From the NCBI GenBank assembly GCA_964252035.1, contig OZ176207.1: a stretch of 64,000 bases of DNA. The stretch is one strand, 5' to 3'. The position numbers and the translations under genes were made by a program. Of this stretch, positions 23,147 through 36,612 are shown one piece after another. The stretch is from Podarcis erhardii (taxonomy: Eukaryota). Below the pieces are notes generated by a model, which saw only the letters and a list, made by a program, of their open reading frames with translations, was not told where the DNA came from and did not search any database. Every line of letters starts with the position of its first letter. The stretch's first letter is position 1.

Positions 23147-24314
23147 TGTGGAGCCTGAATCTGGTTTACAGGCCCAACAGACCACAGGTGCCTAGACTTC
23201 CTTAAGTGCTTTCCAAAATACTGGACCGACTGTCAACCACAGTACTTAGAAAATGTATTTGGTTGTGGGATGGAGGTGTTCAACAGGTGTGGCATCCCCT
23301 CACCAGGGTATCTTGTATGCTGGGAAAAGTTTGGCCTGCTAAACTACCACCCCACAGCTGTCAAAGGCACAGGGCCTCTGCCAGGAACAACCACCAGCAG
23401 CAAAAAAAGAGAGAGGCAGCAGCCGTACCTGTTGCTTTTAATTAGAGACCAACAGCTCAAGGCTCTTACGTGTGCTTTAGAAAGTGAATGGAGAGGAGCC
23501 ATTCTGGAATTGTCATGCTGAGACCCATCCCATTAAATGGTGCAGCTCTCCTTTCGCTGTTAGCAAATCTACTGTGGACCTCATGTATTTGGTCATTCCA
23601 ATAAACCTCCATTTTTGAGGGGGCCGCTGTTGCACAGTTGGTTACCAAATATAGATGTGTAACACTTGGATACTGCTTGTAGTTCTTAGGTAATCTTCTT
23701 CAGTCAAAGGATTATGAGGGCTTAGGAACTAAAGCAGCAGCCTTTCACCTGCCCAGTGGCTTGCTGCGGTCTCTTGCTATGGCGCTGCTTTCGTTTGTTT
23801 CAAATGGGAAGTGTCTGTGCCACAAGATGCCTCGCATGACATGCAGTGAGCTTTGAGGAGAGAGGCCTGGCTAATCAAGAGATTAGGTGCCTTTTAAACA
23901 CAGGTGCTGTAAAACGAGCCTTCCATAGGAAACCCACACTTTGCAAACAGGGTGGGTACCAGTTTGGGGGAAAAAACTCATAGAATTTTGCATGTCAGAT
24001 TGTCAGAGACAGAACAAATTATTTTGGGGGTTTCTGGCCATGCAGTTGACCCTTATTTAACGGGCCCCTTGTGCATTTACACATACAATTGCACACCTCG
24101 CTTCCTGTAAATCGTCAGTGGCAGCCAGGGCCGGCCTGACCATGAGGCAAGGGGAGGCAACTGCCTCAGGCAGGTACACATTGCTTGCTGTCAGTACCAC
24201 TGCTGTGGTGCCAGCAGAAACTGCAGGGCACTCCTTGGAGACTGGATCTAACTACTCCTTGGGAGGCAACCCCCCATACTGCCTCCACAGTGGCCTCTTG
24301 GTGAAAAGGAGGTA

Positions 24315-24521
24315 TAGTCATACCTCATGTTACGTCCGTTTCATGTTACGTTCTTTCAGGTTATGTCCCGTGGCGACCCGGAAGTACTGAAAATGATGTC
24401 ACGCGCATGCGCAGAAGTGGCAAATTGCGACCCGCGCAGACGCGCCGCTGCGGGTTCTGCTCTTTTCATGTTGTGAATGGGTCTCCGTTATAGATCCCAT
24501 TTGCAACCAGAGATACCACTG
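24315..24521. mobile_element. Tigger-like MITE
   Basis: ta + tagtcatacctc ... gagataccactg + ta; CpG-rich core. Confidence 0.65.
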
Positions 24522-27477
24522 TACTGCTGGTCTCCACCCACCTCTAAGGAGGAAATGGTGAGGCTTGCCCGCAGGGGTCCCTCAGGCTCTGTACCTGCCC
24601 AGGGTAATTCAGATTAGGCCCGTTCCACCCCACAACGGCCTTTGATTCCCAGTTGAACTGCCAGCTAAGGTTGATTTGATTCCTGTCCTGTTCTTCACTC
24701 ACCCCTGTTCTGGTGTTGATCTTTATTCTCCCCCACTTGTTCCTGATGTGGTAAGAATAGAGGTGAATTTTTACCACACTGACGTAGATCTTCACTCATC
24801 CCTTCTTCCCTGGTCGGAGGGAGGTGCCATTTTGTGGTTTGCCTCAGGTGCCAAAATGTCTTGAGCCAGCCCTGGTGGCCGCACCCTGGGGGAAGAAATG
24901 GTGAGGGGCACAGAATGGGCAAATGGTTGTGAGAGAAAGAAAAAATAACAGCATATACTAACCATGGGAGGTCAGAAATTTGGGGGTGGGGGAGCTCTTT
25001 GTTACTTATTGCTCCTGCTTAGAATACGTTACATTCCATTTATAATTATATATAAACTGTTTTACTTCTTTTTAATTGTATTATTACATTGCTGTAACCC
25101 ACTCTGAGAATTTACAGCAGAGGGCGAGGAAGAAATCTGAAAATTTGATAAAATAAATATGCTCACTTACTTGCAACATACTCTGTGGGCAGGACTGGCC
25201 CTCCATTTAGGCTGATTTTGGGAGTAGCAAATGGTTAGTTGTTTAATGTATTATTGTTGTGCTGCCATAGCGAGGCATACACAGGGATTTTTGTTTTGCT
25301 TTGAATGCCAAAATAATATGACCATCCTTGAGAACTAAGCACTTTGACATTAAGGGCATTAATGCCATTAATGTGCATGTTAAAATAAATATGGGGGGGG
25401 GCAGCATACCTTGGAAGGAGCTTGGCCCTCCCCTCCGCAGATGTGGCCCCGATCAATGGCAGGTGCTGAAATCTTATTTTATCTGAGGCTCTTGCAAGTA
25501 ACCTGCTCTCTTGTCAGAAACTTTAAGTAATACTGCCAGCTTCTGGAGAGAAGACCAGAAAGGACTCAAGGAAATATGCAGTTCAGTTTAATAAGGAAAC
25601 AGTAGAGGCCAATAGGAACGAACTTCAGATGGGCTGTGGGTATGGAGCTATTGTGAGGGCTTCTGATTTGTGAGAGACACTACCAAGCTAAAGCTTTAGT
25701 TTTTCTTCTTTTAAAACCATCACTATGATAATATATGGTGACCAGATGCAAAAAAGGACAGAGTTCCTGCAGCATTAATAGTTGTGTAGAAGAGGACACT
25801 TCAGTAGGTTCAGCACAGTGCTGGCAAACCAAAGTGGTATCATCCAGATAATCCCTGACCACTGCCCATGGCTGAGGCTGATGGGAGTGGTAGTCCAACA
25901 GGATCTGGAGGTCAGCCTTGTTTTGATGTTGTTGGACTTGAGATCCTATCAACCCCAGCCAGCATAGCCAGTGGTGAGGATGATGGGAACTGTAGTAGCA
26001 GAAGCAACATCTGGAGGGTCCCAGGTCCCCCCCCCAGTGTAGTGTGACAAGCTACACCTGCTGAAATTCTGCCTTCCACACAACTATTAGGGGTGCAGGA
26101 GTTCTGTCCTATTTTGCCTCTGGACACCCCTAGCTTCTTCATTATTGCACCCCAGTGAGTTTCGTGGCTGAGTGGAAATTTGAACTCTGGGCTCCCCGAT
26201 CCCAGTCGGACACTTTAGCTACTGCATCACATGGGTTGCCAGTGTAGAAAACGGAATATATGATAGCTTGTCACTCAAGGTTGGGTAAAGCTTCATCTGA
26301 AAATTCCCCTTCCACAAAAGCCACAGGAACTTTCAGTCTTTCTCCCTAGTCCCAATGCTAGCTAGGGTTTCAGCAAATGAGCACTGACTGCCACCTCAGT
26401 TTGCTCAGTTCGACGGCATCAAAGGATTAAGGTGCTGACGGATGGCACGTGTATTAGATCATCGCGCCTTCTAATCAGCATTACTGTGCACTCTGATTCC
26501 ATCTCCCACATGCGATCGCTCAGTGAAGGGGGCTGGGCTAGCTAGCTGGCTGGCAGGCAGGCAGGCAGGCAGGCAGATACCCATCGGGAAGTTTCTTCTT
26601 TCTGAACATTGTTGAAGCTTCAGAATTTTAAGTGTGTTAGGTGGACTTGACTTCACTTGGATTCTTTCCATTCCCCCCATTTTTATTACATGGCCTTAGC
26701 AAACATATACTTATTTATTTGGAGTATTTATACACCATTTAATCGCATGATCCTCAAGGCAGCTTGCCGCAAGTTCAATAATACAAAACAAAAGGTGGGG
26801 AAAGCCCATATTTTGATTGCTCATTTTTATTTTGGTCAACTGCGAAGCCTCTTTCTGAGCCCTGCTCTTTGGTTGCATCTAAGCAGCCAATATCAATCAG
26901 ATTGATATCATTCAGAGCAGTTCAGCCAGTTGAAAGCTAGGGGGGCCCTCTGTTTTCCTGACACCTCAGTGACACCATGGCATTTCAGCCAACCATAGTT
27001 TCACCACCACACCCTTCCCACATGCTGCGACAAAGAAATTCTCAAATTGGCAGACTCCACCCCCCAAAAACATGATTCCATACCTTTGCTTAGTACTTTT
27101 GCCTCCTTTGTCCATGTAGCCATAAGAGTCAACAAGAGGATTGCTTTATGTTAGTAAATCTAACATTCGATTTCAGTGTTGCAGCTGTGAGTCTCTGTAG
27201 TTTAGATCCACTACAGACATTTATAAATATGCATGCATCTATTGCATCTATGCAGGCAGTCATAAATATGCATGCATCTATTATACTTGTACATGTTTCT
27301 TCTCCTAGAGAGGAGAAAGTAACATATTACAAACACTAGCGCTCAATATTTGCTCGATATCGTTTCTTTCCATGTTTAGAATGTAAACTGCAGTAGCCCC
27401 TTGCAACTCGAAAAGTGTTTGCTATCTGTGATAACTTCTTGAGCTTGCAACGTGCAAATGCCAACTTCTTTAGACAA

Positions 27478-27604
27478 GTCAGTAGAGCATGAGACGCTTA
27501 ATCTCAGGGTCATGGGTTCAATCAAGCACCATGTTTGGCAAAAGATCCCTGCATTGCAAGGGGTTGGACTAGATGACCAACTCTACCATTCTATGCTTCT
27601 ATGA
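27478..27604 (+). mobile_element. tRNA(Lys-like)-head / CR1-tail SINE
   Basis: gtcagtagagcatgagacgcttaatctcagggtcatgggttcaa, then a CR1 tail ending attctatgcttctatga. Confidence 0.65.
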
Positions 27605-28866
27605 ATTCCTGCTGCAAATCTTAGCTTCAGTGCTAATGCTTTTATGAAAAGGCACCTGGTTTAGCTGCATAGAATGGGAGCCTGGAGAGAAATATAATTA
27701 GGGAGAGAAACAGTACTGTGATTTCTCCCCTATATATTAGGAAATAGTCTTACAAAGAGCAGAATTCTATTTATGTACTTCGTGGGGTTGTTGCCAACCA
27801 GGGGTTGCTTTAGCAAATTGTGTAATTCTATAATCTACAGCTGAAATACCAGCTGGCTTCTAGCTTTCCTACGGTGGAGCTTTGCCTATTTCAGCTGGTA
27901 ATCCGGAAGCAAACTGCAGACTGGATTTACAGTGCCAGGTCACACAGGGATCTCTTGCTTTTCCCTTCTCTTAGAGGTCATTTCCCTTGGCAAGCAACCC
28001 TTGTCGCTTGCCCTGTCCATGTCTAAAAAAAGCAGCTGTGATTTGGCACTCCTGCTTCAGATGCATTTCTCCACTGGTGGTAGGAAAGACTAGGAGTCCA
28101 CCTGTCTTTCTGGAGCTCAAGGAATAAGCCCTTAAAGTGTAAATACTCCTAGCCTGAAACCAGATCATGAGCATTTACATCTTAAAGACTTATGAAGGTC
28201 CTTGGGACATTCATGGACACTCTTTGTGCCTCAGCATGGGGAGATGTGGGTTGGTTTCGGTGTTCTTAAGCCTTGGGTCTGCAGATGTTACTGGACTGCA
28301 ACTCCATCATCCTCAACTAGCCTAGCCAAATGGTCAGGAAAGATGGGCATTGTAATCCAGCAACATCTAAGGCTGAAGAACACTGGGTTAGTTCAAGTTG
28401 TTTTGAATTCTTATCAGCAGTCATGGAATTCTTTTATGCCTGGTTTAGAGGTTACCATAGCACTATGGAGAGCTGCTTTCCTACAGCTTGATCCCACAAT
28501 GCTCATCTAATATTTCAAGATCATAATCGTTTTGAAACCTTCCCAGCTACTGGCAGAAGGAGCTCTGGGTTCACCCTTTTTAAAAGTGACTCTCCACTCC
28601 TTTTATCCACCGGTTGAATTCCTGTGGCATCACGGGCTTGGGAACATCCCAGCTGTTCAGAGGTTTCAGCTGTCAGCACACACGTCTTGAGCACAGATTG
28701 GGCTGCGAAGAGAGACAGAGAAAATGAGAGCAATTGCTATTGCTGCAGTCACCAGCTGTTTGGTTTCTGTCTCTAGTGAATCAAGTGATTGGGGAGGTGG
28801 CGATGGCCACCAGCTTGGATACTAGCCATGATAGCTATGCTCTACCTTCACTGTTGGAAGCAATAT

Positions 28867-28990
28867 TAGGGTTGCCATATTTAAAAAAGTAAAAACCAGA
28901 AAATCCAGGATAAACCGATGCCTTTTGGAAATTCTCCCAAGACGTCAATTCCGCCTTCCTTTGAAATCCTGGTAATGTATGGCAGCCCTA
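28867..28990. mobile_element. hAT-type MITE (tagggttgcc TIR)
   Basis: TIR tagggttgccata / tatggcagcccta. Confidence 0.7.
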
Positions 28991-29479
28991 GGCAATTTTA
29001 GTGATATTGGCCCTTTAAGATTAGTTTATGGAAATGGGTTAAACCCTCAGAAATAATGAGCTTCCATACAGCTGTCTCGTGTTAAGGCTTCAAGGCTGGT
29101 GTCACAAGGTAATTGGGTGGCAGAGTGGAATGCCCATGGTCAAAGTTCCCATAAAACCTGGATTGGTGGGAGCTCTCAGCAGCCAGCCAAGCCGAGAACA
29201 GTGTCTATTTGGGCTTTTGACAGTATCTTGTTCTGTTGCTCAGCCTACTGAGATTTAAGTGTAAGCGTTTATGTTAATTAGCTGGGTAAGTTTTAATCTG
29301 TGTAATTGTTTGGAGTTTTTCTCTCTTGTAATGTTTTGCTTTAGTAAAGTCTGTGCATGGTTTTATGGAATTTGGTCTGGTTTGAGTTCCTGAACCCTTT
29401 AATTTTGACCTCACTTTTCGGAGCAAAGGTCATCCACCACAGCAAGATGCCTCTAAATATCAGATCACATGAAGCACAG

Positions 29480-29592
29480 GTAGGGAGAGTGCTGTTGCAC
29501 TCAGATTCTGCTTGCGGGCTTCCCACAAGCATCTGGGTGGCCACTGTGAGAACCGGATGCTGGACTAGACAAGCCTTTGGGTTCTTCATATG
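29480..29592 (+). mobile_element. CR1 3' UTR fragment
   Basis: ggatgctggactagacaagcctttgggttcttcatatgttc; related copies at 8545-8610 and 35690-35827. Confidence 0.55.
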
Positions 29593-31580
29593 TTCAACTC
29601 CAGGCCCGCTAGATGGTACTGACCACTTGATCATTTGATTGTTAGTCCTAATAATGTACCATCTCTCCACAACCACTCCAGAAGGTAGAGGAAAGTGCGA
29701 GCTAACAGGTTTTTCAAGAACAAAGTGTGCTGTGCTATACTTTGGGAGCTAAGTGGCCTCAAGGGAAGGAACTCATTCTCCAAGGGCCGTGAACTCGTTG
29801 CACCCATGACCTCTGTCAACAGGCAGATAGTCATACATATGACATTTTATGCAATGCACTGAATGGCTCCTACAACCCTGATGGCTTTCTGCTTGCATAC
29901 CTATTATTGTTGTTTAGCGTTAGTTTACCTGGGAGCATGGAATTTGTTACATCACTAATGGGGGAGGCAACATAGTTTGCCCTGGGCTCCTTGCCCCATT
30001 GCTGAACTTTCTTCACCACTTAAGTCACTTGTTCTCTTGCTGATACTACCTTCTTCTCATGGAAAAGATTCCAAATCACCACCATCATCTTTATTGCTAA
30101 ACCCTTAAGCTAGAAACATCTGTTTTAAATAGCAGTATTGCATCCAGTAATTGCAGTTGGCCATATCCTAGCCAAAAGGAAGCAGTCATCTTTTTGATCA
30201 GGTGACATCTGTTTTTATGGAAAGAATGCAGTTGCTACTTTGCTCCATCATGGTTTCACCTAGCTAACTTACCTGCTTCTATAATGGGTGGAGAGGAAAA
30301 GGGGGTCAACTGGAGAGGTGGAGAGAAATGAGAGAGAAGACACAGTTGTGAAATGGACAATACCAGTAAGGTGGAGAAGAGAGAAATGTGAACCTGATAA
30401 TGGAAGGCAAGATGATATGACAGGGCAGGTGTTGGGGGAAAGTAATATGGTCAGAGCAGAGACAGGAAGATGATCCTGGCTTCACTTTGGTAGACTGGAG
30501 TGAAGTTACATTCGGACCCCAGACAGATGGAAAGTAGGTAGCTCATTAGTAACACTTGCACTTCTTCTGGCTCAGCTGGTATGAAGGACACTTTAAGGGC
30601 TTAAAGGTCCAGGCAGGCATTTAGTGGAAGGCATTTGTGGCAGAATGGCCACCTTAATTATTTCAGCGACTTTATTGCCTGGGGTGTCCTAATACAGAGC
30701 AAAATGTAACATTCAATGGCAACATGCATCATATTTTTGCCTCCCCTGGAAGCACCACTTCCTAGATTTTTGTTATTCCTAAAGTTATGAATCACACCTA
30801 AAATTAATTTGATCTTGTTTTTATAACCCATGTCTGCTTTGACCAGCTTCAACCCTTTCTCCCATACCTCCTGTTGGTTAAAATGTACACAAACAACTCA
30901 ACCAGTGGGTGAAGCTGGATGAGTGGAGCTTATTCGAAAAGGTAACTGGCTTGTTTCCTTGCTCCAAAGGTCCCATCCACTTAGGGCTCCCTGTGCTGCA
31001 AGAGCAGCAAAAACTACACCAGCATGCCAAACCATTTTTAAAGGCACAGCTACAGGGACTAGCTGAAAAACTGACAACCTTGCTTCTCTTCTCTATGAAG
31101 CAGGGACACATGGCATTGTCTTGGCTTTAAGGTTGCTTCAGTTGACCAGTTTATTAGGCATTCATGCTGGTTTGCTTGGGAGGTTATCTGGCATTTCATC
31201 AAGCAATTGTTATCTCAGACTTTTAAATGCCTATTCCTTTCTCTTTCCTTCATTGTGTTGTATTTTAAAACAATTAATGAGCCACGGAACCATTCTACCT
31301 TCCTCCACAATATATATATTTTTTAAAAAACTTAAGAAGTAGGTTTTTAAACATAAATAGGCCTAGGTCTGTCTACATCTCCAGCTGTGTGAGAAAAACC
31401 GAAAACCTCTAATTTCTTAATGAAATTACATGCCTTCTCCCATATACTCTACATCAGGGATTCCATCATCTTGGATTACTGACCAAGTTGGTTGGACTTG
31501 ATGAGAATTGGGGACCAACAATCTCTAGGTGGCCACAGATCCTCCACCCCTGTTCTAAGCTCTACCTCTCTTTTAAATCA

Positions 31581-32490
31581 GAACCAGTGAAGGCGGTGAA
31601 GGTCCTGTGTGAGTGCCTGGAGGCGGTTGGAGGATGGATGGCGGCTAACAGATGGAGGTTGAATCCTGATAAGACAGAAGTACTGTTTTGGGGGGACAGG
31701 GAGTGGGCAGATGTGGAGGACTCCCTGGTCCTGAATTGGGTAACTGTGCCCCTGAAGGACCAGGTGCGCAGCCTGGGAGTCATTTTGGACTCACAGCTGT
31801 CCATGGAGGCGCAGGTTAATTCTGTGTCCGGGGCGGCTGTCTACCAGCTCCACCTGTTACACAGGCTGAGACCCTACCTGCCTGCAGACTGTCTCACCAG
31901 AGAGGTGCATGCTCTGGTTATCTCCCACTTGAACTACTGCAATGCACTCTATGTGGGGCTACCTTTGAAGGTGACCTGGAAACTACAATTAATCCAGAAT
32001 GCTGCAGCTAGACTGGTGACTGGGAATGGCCACTGGGACCACATAACACCAGTCCTAGGAGATCTGCATTGGCTCCCAGTACGTTTCCGAGCGCAATTCA
32101 AAGTGTTGGTGCTGACCTTTAAAGCCCTAAATGGCCTGGGTCCTGTATACCTGAAGACGTGTCTCCACCCTCATTGTTCAGCTCGGACACTGAGATCCAG
32201 CGCTGAGGGCCTTCTGGTGATTCCCTCATTGCGAGGAGTGAGGTTACAGGGAACCAGACAGAGGGCCTTCTCCGTAGTGGCGCCCACCAGGTGGAATGCC
32301 CTCCATTCAGATGTGAAGGAAATAAGCAGCTATCTTATCTTTAAAAGAGATCTGAAGGCAGCCCTGTTTAGGGAAGTTTTTAATATTTAATGCTGTATTG
32401 TTTTTAACACTCGATTGTGAGCTGCCCAGAGTGGCTGGGGAAACTCAGCCAGATAGGTGGGGTATAAATAATAAATTATTATTATTATAA
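31581..32490 (+). mobile_element. L2-clade LINE, 5'-truncated, with an open ORF2 C-terminus
   Basis: ORF 31488..32390 contains LNPDKTEVL, LGVILDSQL, LNYCNALYVGLP, LQLIQNAAARL and HITPVLGDLHWLPV, all L2 motifs; 3' UTR and (TAT)n tail follow. Confidence 0.92.
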
Positions 32491-33977
32491 GTGTAGTCTC
32501 TGTCCTGTGTATTGAGGCAGAACTACAGGGCAGGTGCTACTAGGGAAAAGATTAAAATGAAGTTACTTTGCAATATAGTCTTGGTGCACAACCAGGAAGC
32601 ATTTTCAAAAGAGGAAAAAACAGCTGATGTTTTGAATTGGACCCTGTCAGGAACCTGGTCTCTTGGGTCTTAATCCCCATGAAAGCTCTCTTTTGTCCAC
32701 AGGTACAATTACTGTGTTCTAGTCTGCCATTCTGCTTTGATCTCTTTATGACTAGGTCTCTGCTGCAAAAAAATTAAATGCCAAGCCCGGGGTGTGCAAT
32801 TGAGTCACTCACTGAAAATAGGCAGGTAGGGATCTTGTCTGTTGCTGGCTGATACCTCATCTCCTGTGAAGTTAAATGAAGGGAAACTAGCTATATATAT
32901 AAAGCACACCTTAGAAATAATGTCTATTTAAACAAATTGTAAATGAATGTTTACAACTGCCAAAGTAGACTCCAGCGTAGATGTTGCTTTCATGATCGCT
33001 CCTGGTTAATTGTTGCATATAAGGAAAGTGAATCTGAAAGGAAACTTTCTCAAAGGGAAGCGCCTGATTCTACAGGTGAGAGAGGTGATAAGGATGCTTC
33101 ACTATTCCGTAGAAGAGGGAAACTTCTGATGTTGCAGCAATGTGGGGGGCTGGTGGGCAGGAATAGACACTGCATGTTCTGAAATATTCCTCCTCTTCAG
33201 TGCTGTCATTAAGTAATTTTAGACTCTGAATTTAATGATCTCCTGGGGGAAGGGCTCTTTAGATAGTAATGCATATTAAGTTCACTTACTGCAAAATGTT
33301 GTAAGCTGGCCCTGAAGTGGTTGGGATCCCAGGGCCTCTGCCACAAAGTCCCACTCTGATGGTACCACTGCTCCTTCTGCATAGAAACTGAAGAGTACAC
33401 TGTGTGTGTGTTTATCTGAAGGAATGTCTGGCTGTGAGTGGAGATGGCAAGGCAAGGAATATCGTAGACCTGGGAAAGGTACAGAAAACTGGGAATAAAA
33501 TGATCAAGCGGCTAGAGCAAACCCCCGCCTATGAGAAAACATCACCACATTTGGGGCTCTCTATTTATATTTTTAAAAGTTAGTATGGGAGTGCAAGATA
33601 GAGGTGCACAGTTGACTTGCATCTTGTGTGTGGGTTATGTTCGAGAGATGACTCATATATGGAAAAAACACATCTATGCAAACCAAACGACTTGTAACTT
33701 CCCAATGCAAGCATCCTTCCTTTCTGGAGCCAGCTTTTATTTTAAATTCTCCACCTTGCTTATCAGGATCTGGAAGGCTCCTGCGAGATCTCACGAGGCT
33801 GTCCGAGATCTCGTGAGAACCTCTCAGAGCCCAGTAAGCAAGTCTGAGATAAATCTATGGCCCCCTTTAGTTAGTGGACTGAAGATACGACAACATTCAC
33901 AACTCATTGCTTGCAGACATATACTTTATATGGACAAGTATAATAATATATTTGGAATGTGTTTATAAGATAAACAA

Positions 33978-34314
33978 ACAGGTTAAGCCTCTTGGGCTTG
34001 CTGATCAGAAGGTTGGCAGTTCGAATCCACACAATGGGGTGAGCTGTTGCTCTGTCCCAGCTCATGCCTACCTAGCAGTTCAAAAGCACACCAGTGCAAG
34101 TAGATAAATAGGTACTGCTGTGGCAGGAAGTTAAACGGTGTCTTCGTGCGCTCTGGTTTCCATTGCGCCAGAAGTGGTTTTGTCATGCTGGTCACATGAC
34201 CTGGAAAGCTTTCTGTGGACAAACGCTGGCTTCCTTGGCCTGAAAAGCGAGATGAGCTCTGCAACCCCGTAGTTGCCTTTGACTGGACTTAACTGTCCAG
34301 GGGTCCTTTACCTT
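33978..34314 (+). mobile_element. Sauria SINE, 5'-truncated, 31-bp TSD
   Basis: Sauria body with an acctt tail; identical 31-mer at 33947-33977 and 34315-34345. Confidence 0.9.
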
Positions 34315-34393
34315 TATATTTGGAATGTGTTTATAAGATAAACAATAGGTTAATAAATAACCATAACTGTATTTGGATAATAAAAACAATTTA

Positions 34394-34672
34394 TAGGGTT
34401 GCCATGTGTCCTCTTTTTCCAGGACGCATCCTATTTTTTCAGGGGTAAAATTTCTGTCTGGGTGAATTTTTTAAATTTGCCAAAATCCTGCTGGCTATCC
34501 TTTCTGGACGAGACATAGACATAACTGATGGCTGAAGATTTGCTTTCCTCTTCTCTTCTCCTAACCCCCTCAGCAGTATATCACAGCTTCTATAGCCTAC
34601 ATACAGTAGAGGTATTTAAATGAGAGTCGTCATAGCGTCCTCTTTTTTGCTCTTCAAAATATGGCAGCCCTA
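34394..34672. mobile_element. hAT-type MITE (tagggttgcc TIR)
   Basis: tagggttgccat ... atggcagcccta; TSD not evident. Confidence 0.65.
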
Positions 34673-36483
34673 ATTACCTATATCCAAGGCAAGCATATAT
34701 GAAATTCTAGTTCTTTGCCTATATAGTGATATTTAATTCAATTGAAATACTTTGAGTAAACATTTAAAATTTTAAAAAATGCTGAAGCATTTAAAAGCTC
34801 TTTCCACACTGGAAAACCCAGCGCAGGAAGAGCTTTTCAGTTCCCCACACTGTATGCATTTAATTTGTGCAATTTCAGCTAGCCAGCTGTCAACCATGTA
34901 AAACTGAAACTGAGCAAATTCAAGTTTAAAATGTTCAAGTTGTGAGTTGACTGAATTAGGTGTGGAGAATGTGAGTAGAAAAGTTTTCTCTCTCCCTTCA
35001 TTGTACTGTTAGAATTCACTGCTGAACATTGGAAGATTCAGGACAGACAAGAGAAAGTGGCTGCGAGCACGAGGGATATGTTCTGTCAGTAGTGTCTGAG
35101 GAGGCAGTATTTCATTTGTTTATTTATTAAATGCAGTGCTTTTTTCGGGGGGGGGGGATGCATACCCCTAAACATTTTGTGAATCTGACGGGAGAAGAAA
35201 CTAAAAAAAATATTTTTTTTAGTTTCTTCTCTAGCATGGTAAATCGTCAGTTCTGTTGCTACCCCCAATGGCGGCCTCATTTCCTTTCACGGTGTTTCCT
35301 GAGTCTCAGACAGAAGCGGGCGTTTAATGTGTGAAGTAGGAGTTGGAATCTAGCACGGTGATTGGTCAGTTTCATTGTTACCACCTCCGATGGTGACTTC
35401 CTTTCCTTTCCCAGTGTTTCCTGAGTCTCGGATAGAAGTGTGTTAGTGCACACAACCTCATGCCAATGTGGAAATTACTGTAATCTGTCAGCTGTGTGAT
35501 ATGAGTTAATGCATGTTCTTTGTACCTTTGTCCATTTACTGTATTTATTTTTCCCGATTTGAACTATAAAATGGTCATTTTCTTGAGTAAAAATGAGAGT
35601 ACCCCTAAACATTTTTCAAACTGATTAAATGTATAACTTCCCCCTGAAGTAGGCCAGTTCGCCTCTGAATGCCAGTTCCTGGGAATCCCAGGTGGGGAAA
35701 GTGTGGGGGCACTTGGGTCCTGCTTGCAGGCTTCCTGTGGGCATCTGGTTGGCCACTGTGAGGACAGGATGCCTGCCTAGATGGGCCTTTGGTCTGATCC
35801 AGCAGGGCTCTTATTAGGTTCTTATGAATGCTTAATCCTTCTCCTGCTGGATGCTTCCCCAAGTCACTCCCCAATATGCTTTCCCCTATCACACTCCTCG
35901 CAGCACACATTGGCAACTGGTGTAAAGGTGCCCCCCTTGGGGGAAATCAACAGGGGACAGGGTAGTTAGTTATTCCAGCTGCCTCCGGTCATCCCCTTCC
36001 AAAGCTGTGTTTGTACTGAAGCAGCAGCCGCTGAGGCTTCAATACATGTATTTGCGTGTAATGCGTCATTTGGTTCTGAAAGCAGCCCAATGCACGAAAA
36101 AGACCACAAGTCAATTAAATTTTTTAAAAGGTAATGGTTAAAAATAGACATTCCCTTGGCGGTTCTTTTAGGACACGTTGTTACACTCCCTGACAATGCT
36201 AAGAGATAAACTGTCCTGGTTTACTTATGAGTGACAGCTGGGCAAGCGGTGGTATAGGTGCTGTGGAAATAATAATAATGTGCTCCCGCCAATTTATTTA
36301 ATGATTATATTTGTATCTCAACCATCTTCCAAGTTGCTTAAGGCAGTGGGCTCAAGGGTTCTCCCATTTTGTTCATTAAAAGCATTTTTATCTCACCCTT
36401 TAGCCCACATAAGGCTCCCGGAGCAGTCAGACTTGCTGTGACATGACACAAAAGGAAAAGTGGATTGGGAGGGAGGAGGAGAA

Positions 36484-36612
36484 AATAAACCCCACTTGTT
36501 GGTTTTACCCTCACAGCAGCTTTGTGAGGTGGGTTAGGCTGAGAGAGGGAGTGGCTGACACAGCCTACCTCACAAAGCTGCTGTGAGGGTAAAACCACAA
36601 GTGGGGTTTATT
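36484..36612. repeat. Inverted repeat with ~49-bp arms, derived from CORE-SINE/L2-like sequence
   Basis: aataaaccccacttgttggttttaccctcacagcagctttgtgaggt and its reverse complement; 1 indel and 1 mismatch. Confidence 0.9.

Noticed and set aside
28995-29420. Possible additional LTR
   Set aside because: LTR-like composition, but I could not define TG...CA termini or a TSD.
31488-32390. 300-aa ORF, the longest in the window, as a host gene
   Set aside because: The motifs are those of L2 LINE ORF2; it is followed by an L2 3' UTR and tail, and its start lies outside the element.
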